A DNA stretch of 64,000 nt from Takakia lepidozioides (taxonomy: Eukaryota > Plantae > Bryophyta). Shown here piece by piece: positions 12,396 through 27,000 of this stretch (position 1 is the stretch's first letter; each line of letters starts with the position of its first letter). The notes under the pieces were generated by a model. That model did not search any database and had not been told where the DNA came from. It worked only from the letters and a program-made list of their open reading frames with translations. Both the position numbers and the translations under genes were made by a program. The stretch covers positions 71,300,001-71,364,000 of the forward strand of contig CM060733.1 in assembly GCA_030704615.1 (NCBI GenBank), read 5' to 3'.

Positions 12396-13779
12396 AAAAA
12401 GCTGTGTCCTCACGTTTACTGTTTGGGATTTTTGTGAGCAAGCACCCTTGTGACGTTGAGAGTCTCGTGAAGGACTCCGTGTGCGAGCCCGTGTTTTGTC
12501 ACTGGTTGAGGGAGATGATTGAACGCTACCTGGATATGTCAGTCCCTCTGGAGGCTAATATCGAGGTAATCTTTCAGGCATAGGAGACCCCCGTCGCTTC
12601 TTCTCTGCCATCTGCCTTGCATAGTCCTCTGCCATGTCAAAAGAGTCCGTTGAAGTCCGTTAAACCCTAAACCCTAAACAGTTGTATCAGAATCCTCGTC
12701 CCCCCTGAGGTGTTTTAACTGTCGAACTTTAACTGGAATTCTCTGGGGCATACAATGTTGTCCCACCATGTCTGGAAGTTTAAATTAAAACTGTTGTAAG
12801 CGCTGAATTGCAAAATTGGTGAAGACCCTGAGCTCCTTGTCTGTCCAGGTGAGTGGTGTACCAATGACTTGTGAATTGTGCAAATATTTCCATGCCAAAA
12901 AGCTATGGGTAATTTCTTGTAAGCCTGCGGGGCTTGCAAGCATCGATTAAGAGAAAAGATCCGCTCTGTTCTTCCGTGCCTATGCCACTGCGTAAGTAAT
13001 ATTGCGAGTGTATAGTCTATTAGTTCTTCCATAGCTTCAAAGCTATAGCATTGATGGTTTGTCCCGTCGAGACGCCCGTTACTTAGAACGACGCCGACTC
13101 TTGCGCTTAAATTCCCTCCAATTTCTTGATCCTTTTTTTGGCTTTCGATTGGCTGTAACCGCTTTGACTGGATTTTAGATTTAATTTTCTTTAGTGGACT
13201 TTCCCTGCTGGACTGTCCACTAGGATAACACATGTGACAAGAATTTTGTTTTTCTGTACTTGCCGTTTGTTCTGTTCCCCCTTTTCCGTATTCATTAATG
13301 GGCCCGCCATTCATCCGAATTGACGTGCTAATTAGGTATTTTGACGGCCATTCTTGTCCTCTTTCTTGATGACATCTGTTCTTGCACTTCCTTCTTAGTT
13401 GTGTGTTGCGCCCTGACTTCCACGTGTCCCTTTCTAAACTGGCTTCCGTCCTTTCTTCCGCCGGCCATTTCCCTGAAGTTATCCTGCGTCCACCTGTCAC
13501 TGATTCTATGGATTGTGTAACCCTAGTAGGCTGTGTTGAGCTGTGACAGGTTGTGTCATACTGTGGTACGCTGTGATAGGCTGTGATGCACTGTGGTAAG
13601 CTGTGATACGCTGTGATACGCTGTGGTAGGTTGTGATAGGCTGTATTGCGCCGTGCTGGGCTGTGGTCTGATAGGCTGTGTCACGTCGTGATGGGCTAAA
13701 TAGGCTGTGTCGCCCCTTGCTGGGCTGTGATAGGCTGTCGCTCTTGTTCTCCCGCCCTATCATAATGCTCGGCTTAGCG

Positions 13780-16700
13780 ACACTCCATACTCCGTTGGTA
13801 TCACTGCGCAGCCCTGACTGCTTTGCGTTTCAACATCAAATCATTTGCAATTTTTGTCATGGATACACTGTACCCTTCAACTTATTGGCATTGACTCTTC
13901 CCAGCATCTCTTTGTTAATGGTTTGTAACATGGCGGTGTTGTTATCATACATCTTTTGTATGACATAAGGTCATTTCCATGGTGATTAAGCTTAAAGCTT
14001 TAATCTTTCCCTTCTTCTGCAACCAGAGAACCAAATCTCCCGTTAAAAGTTTTTATTCCCATTCATCTGAATTCTGTCATGTTATCATGCATGCCGTACC
14101 TTCCACATGTTAATATTCATGTTTCCTGACCTTAATTGAATCTTGCAATTCCATTCTCTTCCCCATTCCGTCTCATGGTAGGTAACAGGAATTCCACTGA
14201 AGTAAGCTTCCATACCATAAACTAACTGGAATGGTGAATACTTAGTGGTGACTTTACATGAAGTCCTGACCACAAAGCTGTCAGCAGCTTTGTATCCCAA
14301 TCTATTCTGTTTGCATTGACTATCTTAGCCAAGATAGTACATAGTATTTTGTTGGTAGCCTCTGCCCCATTACCCTGTGGGTAATATGTTGTGCTCTTCC
14401 TATGCACAATCATGAACTCTTTAGTCAATAGTTCAATGGTCTCATTAATGAAGTGACTTCCCTCACTGATAAATTCCAAGGGACGGCCAATCGTGTAAGT
14501 ATGTTCTCATACAGGAACCTTGCTGTGGACTTGCTGTGTTGTCCCTCAAAGCTTTAGCTTCCACCCCACTTTGTAGTATAATCAGTGGCTGTAATTATGT
14601 ACCTGTTCTGTGTATTCTTGGCTGGTGGTTTAATTGGTCCAACAAAGTCTAGTCCCCATTTCTGAAATGGTTCCGTAGGCATTGTAGGATGCAAAGCCAT
14701 CTTCCCAATCTCTGCAAAGGTCCTAGCCTCTGACATTCATCACAACTCTGACAATACTTGTGTACATCTTTGAACAAAGTAGGCCACTAGTAACCTGCAT
14801 GTAGTCTTCCTGCTGGTAGTCTCTTCTCCAAAATGACCTCCTGCCACTCCTTTATGAACTTCCTCCAAAACTTTATTAACTTCATGGTGGTATAAGCATC
14901 GCTTCAGCACTCCATCTGGTCCTAGCTTATACATTCTGCTCCCTACCATAGTGTAAGGTAGAGCCTTGATAGCAATTCTCTTTCTCTGCTCCTTTCCATA
15001 ACTTGTGGGCACTAACCATGAGCAAGGTAGTATCTGATTGGCCACTGCCAATCTAACCAGTCATCTGCACTTCCCTGCACCTCTACTGCAAATAGACTCT
15101 CATCTGGTAATTGATCATCTACTCCCGTGGCTGGTTCTCTTGTTGATAACCGTGACAAGTAATCCGCCACAAGATGCAGCCTCACAGGCTTGTAAACAAC
15201 CTCGAACTCAACTCGTGCAAGATTATCAACCATCTTGCTATTCTTCCGCTTATCAGAGGTTTGTTTACCAGGTATATCAGAGCCCGATGATCCACATAGA
15301 ACATAAACTTCTTGCCCAACAGGTAATGCCTGAATTTCTTCACTGCATAGATCATTGCCAATGCTTCTCTTTCCGTTGTGCTATAATTTCTTTTGGCATT
15401 GTTCATCAATCGGCTAGCATAGTACACAGGTGAATCTATCATTCCTGTAACATTTTGGGCTAACACTGCTCTTAGTGCTTCTCCAGAAGCATCACAGTGA
15501 ACATGAAATATTTCTTGCCAGTGAGGATTAATCAGCACAGGTGTAGTTGTTACTGACAATGTAAGTTCCTCAAAAGCCTGTTGACATTCAGGTGTCCATG
15601 CAAACATGCATTTTCTTCAGAAGTTTGCTCAATGGTGCTGCTATCTGTGCATACCGTCTGACAAATCTTCTGTAATAGCTGGTTTGTCCAAGGAATCTCC
15701 TTAGACTCTTAACATTCACTGGTGGTGGAGAGGCTTTAATGGCCTCTATTTTCCTGGGATCCACAAGAAGTCCCCTCTTATACACAATGTGTCCCAGGAG
15801 CACCCCTGAGTTCACACAGAAAGTACACTTCTCTGGATTCAGGCCCAGACCTCTCATCCTGCATCTGGCCAGACATAACTCCAATTTATGCAAGTGCTCA
15901 TTCTTAGAGCTGTACACACTGAAATCATCCAAGACACCTGCATGAAATCATCCAGATACTCATGAAAAGATTCACTTATCACTCTCTGAAAGGTTGCTGG
16001 TGCATTACAAAGTCCAAAGGGCATGACTTTGTATGCATAAGCACCCCAGTCTGTGATGAAAGCTGTCTTTCTTGGGTCTTCTTCTGCCACTAGCACTTGA
16101 TTATAACCACTGAAGCCATCCATGAATGAGTACATCTCATGGCCTGCCACAGTGTCCAATACTGCTTCTGTGAATGGCAAAGGGAAAGGATCTTTCTTCG
16201 TACAAGCATTCAGCTTCTTGTAGTTCATACAAACTCTTAGTTTACCATTCTTCTTGAGACTATACAATGGACAACCAAGTTGTATACTCTATTGGGTATA
16301 TAAACTTAGCCTCAACCAACTTCTTTGATCTCTTCTCCAACCTTCTGTGCGTAGTTGGGATTCATTCTGTACCTTGTCTGCTTGATTGGTACTGACCCTG
16401 GTTCCAGTTCAATCTTATGCTGACAGATTTCAGGTGGTATCCCTTTTAGATCCTCATAGCTCCAAGCAAATACATCTCTGTATTTGATGAACAAACTCTT
16501 AGCTTCTTCAAAGAATTCTGGCTCCAAATCAGCTCCTACCTTCACCATCCTCGGTTCCTCTTTAGTTCCCACATTCACTTCCCTCACTTGCTCATCAGCT
16601 GTGATTGTCCAACCAGTCACCACTTCATCTTGTAAACTCACAGTGGCTGGTTCCTCTAGGATTTCCATTTCTCCTTCTCTTTCTTCATAGAAATGTGATG

Positions 16701-19700
16701 GGTAACTGCTGGTTTCCTCTTCAATTGGTGTTGCTGACACTACACCACAGCAGATACCTCTTAAACACTTAGGCCTTCCAGCCGCATCTCTGCAACCTGC
16801 TCCCACTCTGGGTGTGCAGCAAACAGGGTAGCTTCCTGCTCCTCATCCAGTCCTCATCTCTAGTCATACTCTCTGACCCCTCGAGGTCTTCTCGTAGGAG
16901 GTAATCTACTAGATTTCTTTGTGGTAATTTGTATCTCGTGCATCCCATTATGCACGGTTAGTAACTAAGAATTCCAGTCATGGAATACCCTGGCCTGTTT
17001 CAGCCACGGACGTCCCAATAATAAGGAGTAAGCCTCCATGACTTCATCCATCTTCAACACAGTTACTGTGATAATAAAGATCATCTTCTGTATCTGTATC
17101 TTAACTCCTCTTATTAATCCCAATGGCTGTACACTCCTTTGATCTGCCATTGTTACTGTAAATGGGGCTGGTTTTCATGTTACTTAGACCAAGCTTCTTT
17201 CTTAATTGGTCTGTCATGATATTTACTCCAGAGCCTCCATCTATCAGTACATCAGTTAGTTCTGTGCTTCCAATTCTCAATTGGATTACTGGCATAGAAT
17301 CATCAAAGTCCATGACTGTTTCTCGCCCTTCCGGCTTCACATTATAACTGTTCAGGTCTGTGTTTCCTGTCTCCTGGGCAATTCGATTGATTGCTTGATA
17401 CAGCCTGTGTCTACAATAAGGTGCCACAACCAATAGCTGTCCAATGGTAATCTCTGCTTTGGTCTGGCATATTACTTCAGCCAAAGTCCCTTCATTACTT
17501 TGCATGTCTGCATCTTCTTTCTTCCTTTCATCCCTCACTTCTTCTTCTCCATCAGAATCAGAGGAATCTGCCACAGGAATATCAGTACTCTTCTGCATTT
17601 CCCTTATGGTATCTGCCACTTCCTTGTGCAGTTCCTTCTCATCTCTCCAAGCCTCATCATCTTCAGGCATATCACTGCCACCTTCATTATCATCATCTTC
17701 CTCAACTACTGGAGGTATTAGTTTGGCTTTGCTTCTTGTTACTATCATTGTACTTACTTCTGGTACAACACATGGCCTAACCATCTGAGCTGCACACTGG
17801 GCCCTCATTCACAGGAGCTCTCATCTCATTCTGATGTCTTATCCAGATGAACAGGCTGCCTTGCGATGTCCTGGCTGATTACAATAGTAACACAGTTCTT
17901 CACCATTGGGTCCTCGCCCTTGGTCTGCTCTTGGATTATTTCTGTAATCGTGATTCCCGGGCTGGTAATTCCCCCCTTGGATTACCCTGATAGTTGCCTC
18001 TGGAATTTCCTTGGTAATTCCCTCTTGAATTACCTCTCCCTTCCATGCCATTGTTTAACCAGACCTACCATAGTGGTCCTGATCATTGTTTCTTCTTGGC
18101 TGGGGCTGCACCTGATGCACCCTTACTTGCCTAGGTTCTCTTGCAGCTGTCCTTCTGTTGTAGTAACAATTCTCAGTAGAATAGTTATCCATTTTACAGA
18201 AGGTACAGTGTTTCTCCTTCATGTGGCATTCAGTGGTGGTATGGCCTTCATTCTGGCATTTTGCACACCAAACACCCTTCCTCTAATGTGTTGCAGCCTC
18301 TGTGGCATACTTCTTCAAGATTTCTTCTAATCTTTTCTCATAGTTATCCCTCTTCAACTTCTCCTTTCTCTTACTCTTCCTTTTCAGTTCTTGCTCTTCT
18401 TCTTCATCTGACTCATCCTCAGAGTCCTCATCATCCCTTTTCTCTCTCCTGAGCATTCCCAATTGCTCAATTTTGTTTGCAGTTTCAAATGCCTCCTCCA
18501 CTGTATTATGGGGTAACATATCCACTTTCTTTGCAACTCTGGTCTTAGTCCACTCACAAACCAAGTCTTCTGTAAACCTGGTGCTGGTACAGCAGCCAGC
18601 TTTTTCATCATCAATTCCATCTTTTCCATATACTCCTCAACAGTTTCATGCTTCTTTTGCTTTAACTATTGTAAACTTCCATACGCTTCATCCTCAGTTT
18701 TACTTGTCCTGAACCTATTTCGGAATGCTGTATTCAAGCCATTCCAGGTTAGGAAATGATTATCAGGAATCTTGCATACCATTCACTTGCTTTCTTGATA
18801 AGTGAACAAGGAACAATCTCATCTTGGCATCATCGCCATTCTCATTGTTCACTATACACATGTGCTCAAATTGGCTAATGTGTACATCGGGATCCCCTTT
18901 TCCTGAATATATTGGAAAAGGTGGTTTTGCCCGTGTTGGTTGTAACGCCATCTGGGCCCTACCTTCTGCCCACTGACAGTGCTTGCACCCTTGTTGGTGC
19001 TGGTCCTTCAGGACCTGTTGTTGTTGTGGTGGATCTTCCACCAAGTGGTGGCCCTTGAGCACTCTCTGCTACTGGCCCCACGATATTCACAGTATTCCCA
19101 GCTCAGTTGCACTACTTCCCACACTCCCTCCCCCAGAGCCAGATCCAGGCAGCCCGCCTGATCCCCCTGAGCCGACACCTTCGTTGGCCTGTGATCCAAG
19201 TGCTCCACTTGATCCAGGTCCAACGGGTTGGGATGTCCTGGTTGTAGTCTCAACCTCAGCTGTTGGGTCTACTTTTTCATACTCTTCCTCTTCCAATTTC
19301 TTCTCTCTATTTCATCCTCAAGTTCTGCCCTTGGGTTTCTTCTTCACACTCATGTAACTCAACTGCAATGGTGTTGGAGAGTCTGAACTCTCCGTTGGCT
19401 CTGCCACATCCTCTCCTCCTTCTTCACCTTCCGCTTCAGAAACTGGAGTTCCTGCTTTTGGTGTTCCATGCCAACTCTTATCAAAGATTTCTGTCAAATC
19501 TTTTATCCAGGGATGTACCTCAGATCTTTCACCTCGTGATTGATCTTCTTCCCGTACCAATTCCCTTAATCTTTCTTGCAAAGAAAAGAAGGAGTGGCAT
19601 CCAACTCTAGTTCTTCCGGTATGGGTGATGTACTCTCTGATCTTAATGGTGTGAGAGGTCCAGATGATTCCCCTATGTCTATTCCTCTCTCCTCAAGATA

Positions 19701-19774
19701 TGGATAATTAGCTTTCAGATAGCTTTCTCTTTTTGCTGAATATCTCTGGAGTCTAGCTTCTCTTCATCACTCAT
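13780..19774 (-). pseudogene. gag-pol: gag-pol of A3, many 1-2 bp frameshifts
   Basis: Capsid, Zn knuckles (CYYCNQPGHRKAAC), LIDGGSG, RT, HCDASG...YSTTEREALA RNase H, integrase core. Confidence 0.9.
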
Positions 19775-20438
19775 GTCCCATGTCTTTCATTTCTTTTAAT
19801 GTGGGCAATAACCAAAACTCTCTTCTGTAATATCTCTCGTATATGCCTGGGTTTCTTTCAAGCTTCAATGCACCCTTGGCTATACTAGAAGTCTCCGTTA
19901 CCATATAACCATATGGCAAACAAGTCTGGAAAGCTGTTCTTGGTGTGAGTTTGATCCACAGAATATCCTTTGGAATCCAATTCTTTACCAGTACAAGCTC
20001 TTCATGCCTATGAGTATAAACATTCACCTTCCTTTCCTCCCAGCCTTCAAAGTCTACTCGCTTAATGGATAGCAATGCTATCACATAAACCAGTGTTGGT
20101 AACCAACGTGCTCTTCCTCTACAGGCCACCTGATAAATCTTTATCACTCCTTTCTCCAGACCCCACTCAGGATCAGCATCATGCACTCTCTTAAGAATGT
20201 TTTCTTTACAACCGTCTGGCAATTCCAAGAACCTCTGAAAGAATCGTTTGGACAATCTTTCCTTCTCAGTTTCACAAGGAATTTGATTCACATCAAATTC
20301 TTTAATTCTCCAACCACCATGATCCCACCAGATGCCTGTCACATCTGGTTGTTCATGACCCAGTTCCCCAGTATGGTCGCCAAATGTCGCGCGGCTTTTA
20401 CTCACCCATCCCTTCGCTATCCGAGGCGGAAACTCCAA
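19767..20438 (-). CDS. ORF0 of A3
   Basis: Homologue of 1939-2634; open across the LTR end and PBS. Confidence 0.7.
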   Translation of the reverse strand: MEFPPRIAKGWVSKSRATFGDHTGELGHEQPDVTGIWWDHGGWRIKEFDVNQIPCETEKERLSKRFFQRFLELPDGCKENILKRVHDADPEWGLEKGVIKIYQVACRGRARWLPTLVYVIALLSIKRVDFEGWEERKVNVYTHRHEELVLVKNWIPKDILWIKLTPRTAFQTCLPYGYMVTETSSIAKGALKLERNPGIYERYYRREFWLLPTLKEMKDMGHE

Positions 20439-21444
20439 GATAGAAGAGTTGGAAATCTCTAAGCACTCAGCCGCTCAGAACAATCAGTCATGACCTACAG
20501 CTAGTGTATCATGGGGGTGTTTCCTATTTGTTTTCTTTCCCGCATTCATGTTAGCTAGTTACCTTACGTTGGTAATTAAGTATCAGTTTGCTTCAGCAAT
20601 CTATCGATTCCATCAACTCATCCATTCATTCCACAGCTTCACTCAGATCTCTCTACACAGTGTGAGTATGAAGTATGTACCAGATTAATATCTATCAAGT
20701 ATCAGGCTGAAGCCATAGAGTCTCTAATCTGCTCTACATTACAACTCTACTGCTTGCATTCATCAAGCATCAACATATTGTTCTCCTCCTACTCCGTGCT
20801 CACCCTCTTTCTGCTCAAAGATCCGCTCTCCCCTTCATTTCCAAGTCGTGATCTTCCCCCGAGTCCTTCCAGAAGTGATCCCCCCCAAATTGATCCTTTT
20901 ACAGTCCTCGCTCCTGGCTTTATCTTCCTACCCGTTGTTCTAACCGTTTCCCTCACTAACCGTCATCCGTGAACTAACATGTTCCATTCGCAGATGTTGT
21001 TTCCCCACATTCGTTCCCTGTCCTGCTATCCGTTCCCTATGGTCGTGACAGCTGTGTCAAGCTGTGACTGGCTGTACGACTGTGTTGGGCTGTGTCGAGC
21101 TGTGACTGGCAGTGCGACTGTGTTGGGCTGTGTCTGGCTGTGTCTGGCTGTGTCGGCTGTATCGGACTGTGACGGGCTTGTTGGCTGTGACGAGCCGTGT
21201 TGGCTGTGACGGGCTGTGTCGGCTGTGCAAAGCTGTGACGGGCTGTGTTGGCTGTGACTGGCTGTGTTGGACTGTGACGGCTGTGACGGGCTGTGATGGA
21301 CTGTGATGGACTGTGTTGGGCTGATCTCCCCCCCTAAAGCCTATTGCTGTCATCCCTAAGGCTTCGTTGGTCTCAGTTTGTGTAAAATTAAGGGTACCCC
21401 ACATATCCCGTAAAATCGTCTAAGTCCCAAGCAATCCTCTAACA
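20385..21444 (-). repeat. 5' LTR of A3
   Basis: Paired with 11340-12378; followed by the PBS. Confidence 0.95.
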
Positions 21445-22288
21445 ATTCTCTGTAGAATGGTTATCCATTTTACAGATAGTACAGTGTTTCTCCTTCATGT
21501 GGCATTCAGCTGTGGTATAGCTCATTCTGGCATTTTGCATACAAACACCCTTCCTCCAATGTGTTGCAGCCTCTGCTGTGCATACTTCTTCAAGATTTCT
21601 TCTAATCTTTTCTCATAGTTATCCCTCTTCAACTTCTCTTTTCTCTTACTCTTCCTTCTCAGTTCTTGCTCTTCTTCTTCATCTGACTCATCCTCAGAGT
21701 CCTCATCATCTCTTTTTTCTTCTCTGAGCATTCCCATTGCTCAATTCTGTTAGCTGTTTCAAATGCTTCCTCCACCGTATTATGGGGTAGCATATCCACT
21801 TTCTTTTGTAGCTCAGGTCTTAGTCCACTCACAAACCAAGTCTTCTGTAAACCTGGTGCTGGTACAGCAGCCAGCTTTTTCATCATCAATTCCATCTTTT
21901 CCATATACTCTTCAACAGTTTCATGCTTCTTTTGCTTTAACTGTTATAAACTTCCATACACTTCATCCTCAGTTTTACTTGTCCTGAACCTATTTCAGAA
22001 TGCTATACTTAAGCCATTCCAGGTTAGGAAATGATTATCAGGGAATCTTGCATACCATTCACTTGCTTTCTTTATAAGTAAACAAGGAAACGTCTCATCT
22101 TGGCATCATCGCCATTCTCATGTTCACAATACACGTGTGCTCAATTGGCTAATGTGTACATCAGGATCCCCTTTTCCTGAATATATTGGAAAAGGTGGTT
22201 TTGCCCGTGTTGGTTTGTAACCATCTGTGGCCCTACCCCTGCCCACTGACAGGTGCTGGCCCCCTTGCTGATGCTGGTCCTTGAGGAC
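21445..22288 (-). pseudogene. gag: gag segment of A2, upstream of the A3 insertion and cut by A4
   Basis: MEKMELMMKKLAAVPAPGLQKTWFVSGLRPELQ; joins 11339 when A3 and one TSD are removed. Confidence 0.9.
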
Positions 22289-23241
22289 TGTTAGAGGGCT
22301 GCTTGGGACTTAGACGCTTTTACGGGTTCTGTGGGGTACCCTTAATTTTTGCGCAGACTGAGACCAACAGGAGCCTTAGGGGTGACAGCATCGGGTTTTT
22401 AGGGGGGGGGGGGGGGGGGGGGGGGTTACACAGCCTGACACAGCCCGTCACAAGCCAATCACAGCCGACATAGCTTGACACAGCTTCGCACAGCCGACAC
22501 AGTTCGTCACAGCCAATCATAGCCGACACAGCTTCGCACAGCCGACACAATCTGTCACAGCCAATCACAGCCGACATAGACACTGCTTCGCACGGCCGTC
22601 ACAGCCCGTCACAGCCAACACAGCCCGACCACAGCCATCAGCCCATCACACAGCCAACACAGCCGAGCCAGTCACAGCTCAGCACAGCTTGACACAGCCC
22701 TGTCACAGTACATGGGGAACAATTATCAATGGCAGGGAACGACTGTGAGGGAACGACATCATGCAGAAGGAACGTGATACTTTGGGGATAACGGTTAATT
22801 AGTTAGGTGGTTAGAACAGCTTGGGGGGCAGATAAGGAGGGCGGCAACGGAAAGAAGGACACTTGACGGGGGAGCGGTTGATGTTCATGAAGGAGAGGAG
22901 ATCAGGCGGGGAGCAAGAACGAGAGCACGGAGTAGGAGGAGAGATGAACAGCAGATGCTTTACTTCATGCAGAGCTGTAGTGATACTGTAGGGTGGATTA
23001 GAGTCACTTGACATTGGCCTAGTACATGATAAATCATAATCTGATACTTATTCGATACAAGCACACTGTGTAGAGAGACATGAGTGAAGCTGTGAATGAA
23101 TGCATGATAACTGGAACTAAGAGATACTGAAGCAAACTGATGCTTCAGTATCAGATAAGATAAATGTTAACATGAAGGCAAGAAGGAATACAAAGGGGAA
23201 GCACAACCATGATTCACTAGCTGCAGGTCATGACTGATTGT

Positions 23242-23290
23242 GAGGTTTGCTATTTCATGAGCATGAGCGGCATGAGCGGCATGAGCAGAG
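23242..23290 (+). repeat. Left TIR with CATGAGC subterminal repeats
   Basis: gaggtttgctatttcatgagcatgagcggcatgagcggcatgagcag. Confidence 0.85.
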
Positions 23291-23487
23291 TAGTAACACA
23301 ATCGGTTTTCATGAGCAGAAGTACAAATTTCGAAAATAAAAAACAATAAAAAACAATAATTTAATGCAATGTGTCAGGAAAAACAAATATATTATTCGGC
23401 CCCTTGAAGGGAAAATTGCACTTTTGACAGTTGTGCTCATGATATTTCGTCTTTCCGCTCATGCCAATTCCCAGCGACATGTGCAAA

Positions 23488-23850
23488 ATATGGCGCCGAA
23501 TTTCGCGGTAATAGGGTCCGTAACCTGAAAAAACGGCGACGTATTTCGCGGCAATAGGTCTCTCTGGCGAAAAATGGTGCCGAATTCCGCGGCTATAGGT
23601 CCCCTCATGACAGGTAATTCGGCGCCATTTTTCCAGTGCATGTTCGGACTTAGCCAGTTTTCGGCCCAAAAAAGAGAAATTCGGCGCCATTTTTCCAGAC
23701 ACGGTACCAGTGCATGTTGGGACTTAGCCAGTTTTCGGCCCCAAAAGAGAAATTCGGCGCCATTTTCCAAACACAGGTACCAGTGCATGTTGGACTTAGC
23801 GAGTTTTCGGCCCCAAAAAGAGAAATTCGGGCCATTTTTCCAGAAATGGC
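23488..23850. repeat. Left subterminal array: AAATTCGGCGCCATTTT and GGACTTAGC motifs, ~74-bp units
   Basis: Three to four imperfect units visible at 23615-23850 plus looser copies upstream. Confidence 0.85.
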
Positions 23851-24075
23851 CCCACAACTGCTTCTGTTGGATCTCAGTTTGAATGGAATATTGCCTCATT
23901 CCAGGAGTTTTGGGGTGCATTTCATTACACTGCAAAAAAAAGTCTGATACAGCAGCAAAATGCATTTGAAAATCCATATGGAGGATTCCCTTTGCCCCAT
24001 CAATGATTTCTGGAATCCCTAAGGAGGAGTTTGTGCAGCTCGTTCACGCTCAACGCCGGTGCATGAATAAAGTCA

Positions 24076-27000
24076 TCAATAGTCACGTTCATCCTCAACC
24101 TTCAGGTAAATGTAATACAGATGCTTGCACGGATAATACTTCGAACCCTTCTTTGCTTCCATCAACGAGAAGTCCGTACAGTTGCAAGTCGGCTCCACTC
24201 CAATCGTAATTGTGTATACATCGTCGCGTACAGCGAGCCGGCCGTTGCCATCCGATACACACGCCCAAGGCCGGGTGGGGGTACGTCCACGGAGCTCTGA
24301 ATAGTGCAAGCCATCCCAGAGCATTGGCAATCCGAGTCTCATTCAACTTGTTGGGAGGGTGTCGTCTCTTCACTCTTCCGAATCGCATTGTGGGATGTGC
24401 AAGAATTGTCCAATCCGTCTCTACTGGACCGAGCAGTCTGCAATGGCTGGGTCTGAGGAACCGGAAATGCGTGGGCCGGGATGTCTGTGCGTTGCACCAT
24501 TCGAAATCCTGCTGCAGATAGAGCATCCGCCTCATTCTGAGAGAGCTGCAACCCGGTGCAACAGGCCAGACGCCCGGAGGCTCCGGCATTCCCTGAATCC
24601 CGTACTTGGGCTTGCCAAATACACAGGTCATTATGTCGTGCCTACAGAACCAAAATGTCTGCGTTGTGGCGTGAGCAAATGTGGGAGTCAAAAATCTGCC
24701 GCTGAAACAAGGTGCAGGTACAGCACCGTGTGGGTTCCTCCGAATCATCTCACCACAGCGTGCTCTCGTATCCACCCGGATGGCGCAACACTTCCCTCGA
24801 AATGCCGGCAATGTCCTCGCAATTCTCCACTGTGACTCCGACACTCTTGTCTCCACAATGGGAATGTTGTATTGCTTTACTACAGATGGCTCGTTATGTT
24901 GCCGGGGCACGCGCCCTGTGCTCAAAGGAGATGGCGATCTTGAACGTGCAGGACTTGCGGTGCTCGACGAGACCTCCTCGGACAACATCACCGGACCACG
25001 AGGGAGCGTGCGAATATTCTTGTCAGCTCGCCATGAATCCTCTTCTCCGCCAGGTGCCTCGTCAAGTCTTCGTCTCACTGGACGGGTATGAACATCTCCT
25101 TCCAAAGGCCTCTTCGCAATGGCGTGTCCCGAAGGCCCTCTCGCAAGGCCGCCGCCCACTTCCGAGGATTCTTCGATCTGGAGGCAGTCCGCATCAGCAT
25201 TTCCTGCCTGTCCGGCCCCAAGCCCCACTGTTTCCTTTCAAGAACTCGTTGTACCTGCATTGCTGCATAATTGACCTCACAATGTCCTCCGTTGTGGCAG
25301 TGAGGATGTCCACCAGATGCGCCGCAGAGGAGGCACGCCAGGAAGAGTGCACTGATTCGGCCATGTTTGTCGTGGGCATGTCGGTGTCGGAGTCGAGACA
25401 CATTTCCTGCACAAGCACATGTTGAGGTTACAAGCAAGTTACAAATATGGCCAAGAATAATATCCAACGGGACGCGAATTCGTGCAACTCACCTCCCGCA
25501 TATAGTCGCCGAACTGGAGGAAACGATAATGCCACCATGCTAGCCAACTGACCATTGCTCCTTCGTCTGATTTCCTTACAGCACCTGACGATGTCCACCA
25601 AGCCCGTATGCATGCAAACTGTGTCTCTGCATCATCCAAGGTGGGAGCGCGCTTCCACGCAAGGCACATGGAACGGTGCTCCTCTCTGAAATCTGGCGCC
25701 ACGAGCCTGGTTGTGTACTGCGAAAGGCTCTGCAGAAAATGGAACCCACAAGATCTCTCCTTGCCTTCCATGGGAACATTGGGGTCTTGCCCGTACACCC
25801 TTCGGATGGCAGCCCAATTTGCTTGTGCGTTGTCCGCCATGAAACCACGGAAATTGGGAGGGGCAATCCCGCTTGGCCATCTGTTCGTTTATTCCCTGCC
25901 AAAGAAGCATCTCCGATTGTGTGTCCTCTCCTTTCATCTCACAAATAGCAATTGTCATTAGCATCCTGCAGTGGGTGTCGTAGACATGTGCACCCATTGT
26001 CACCCACTGGTGATTTGTAATTCGCTTGATATGGTCGAACATGACCCAACTGTTTGACAAGTTCCCACTCGTCATCCTGTCGACCAGTTCGACGCCACTG
26101 CCAGGTCACACGTGGACATTTTGAATACGAAACAACGATCTGCCTCAGTCCCTTGTCCTGGAAACCTACTTCCATGAATGTAGTCATATCCACATCGTCG
26201 CTTCACCTCCAGAATGGAGTGCATATCCGAGCCACGCCCAATTTTCTGTTTGCATGAGACAATGTGGTTTCGGACATTCGGTGAACATACGTGGGACACC
26301 GACTCCAGCAATGCCTCCATTTCCTTCTCGTCGAGAGGAACTCTATCGGAGCCGTCTTCCGACATAATTCTGGCCAATGCCATCTTATGGGCGGCTTGGA
26401 GCTGTATCTGTTTGGGTTTGGCACCCGGTCTCAACTTAACCTCCTCCTGAACGAGCTGCTCTGCTTCGTGGGCAGCCTCCCGCGAGTTCCCCCTCGCCAA
26501 TTTGTGACAATGGGAACCAACGTGTATGCAAGCTCGGGTGAGGTCAGGGAAACGGTGCAACACATAGAACTGCTTGGCATTACAAACAGACATGCAGTGT
26601 GGTGGTTCTTTGCAATGCGCACACTTAAATGTGGAGTTCGGAACCTTCTCCTGAGCTCGAAATGGTTGGTGAGCTGTGCCTGTCCAATCGGTCTCGTTCC
26701 TGTGACCTCTGGATTTAAAGTGGAAGCAAGTTGGGGAGAAACACCGCAACGCGCCCGCACAAACAACGTAGCGCACCCGCACACCATCAAGCATCTTCAT
26801 GCTGGTGGTTTTGGTAACGCACCAAGGATGACCGTCATGTTTTCTATCCATATCTGTCAACATTCCGGACGCCCTCGAGTAGTCCGCCCGAGGAGGGAAC
26901 TCAAAGAAGATATTACCGTCGACGTCGGGGGAAGGCATGTAACCGATTTAATTGCGAACTTGCTGTAGTCCAGCCCGGCCAGCTCCGACCGGTGTCCCTC

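Larger units (their letters stand above)
11340..21444 (-). mobile_element. Family A copy A3: structurally complete 10.1-kb Ty3/gypsy element inserted in the gag of A2
   Basis: 5' LTR 20385-21444 and 3' LTR 11340-12378 (TG...CA); TSD ATTCT at 11335-11339 and 21445-21449; PBS 20365-20382; PPT 12379-12395; ORF0-gag-PR-RT-RH-INT order. Confidence 0.95.

Noticed and set aside
12662-12678. AAACCCTAAACCCTAAA telomere-type repeat
   Set aside because: Only about two units, inside a retrotransposon; at most a telo-box, not a telomere remnant.
22300-22316. GGGACTTAG shared between the family-A LTR start and the MULE hairpin motif
   Set aside because: A single 9-mer, not conserved in all LTR copies and ~930 bp from the insertion site; chance is sufficient.
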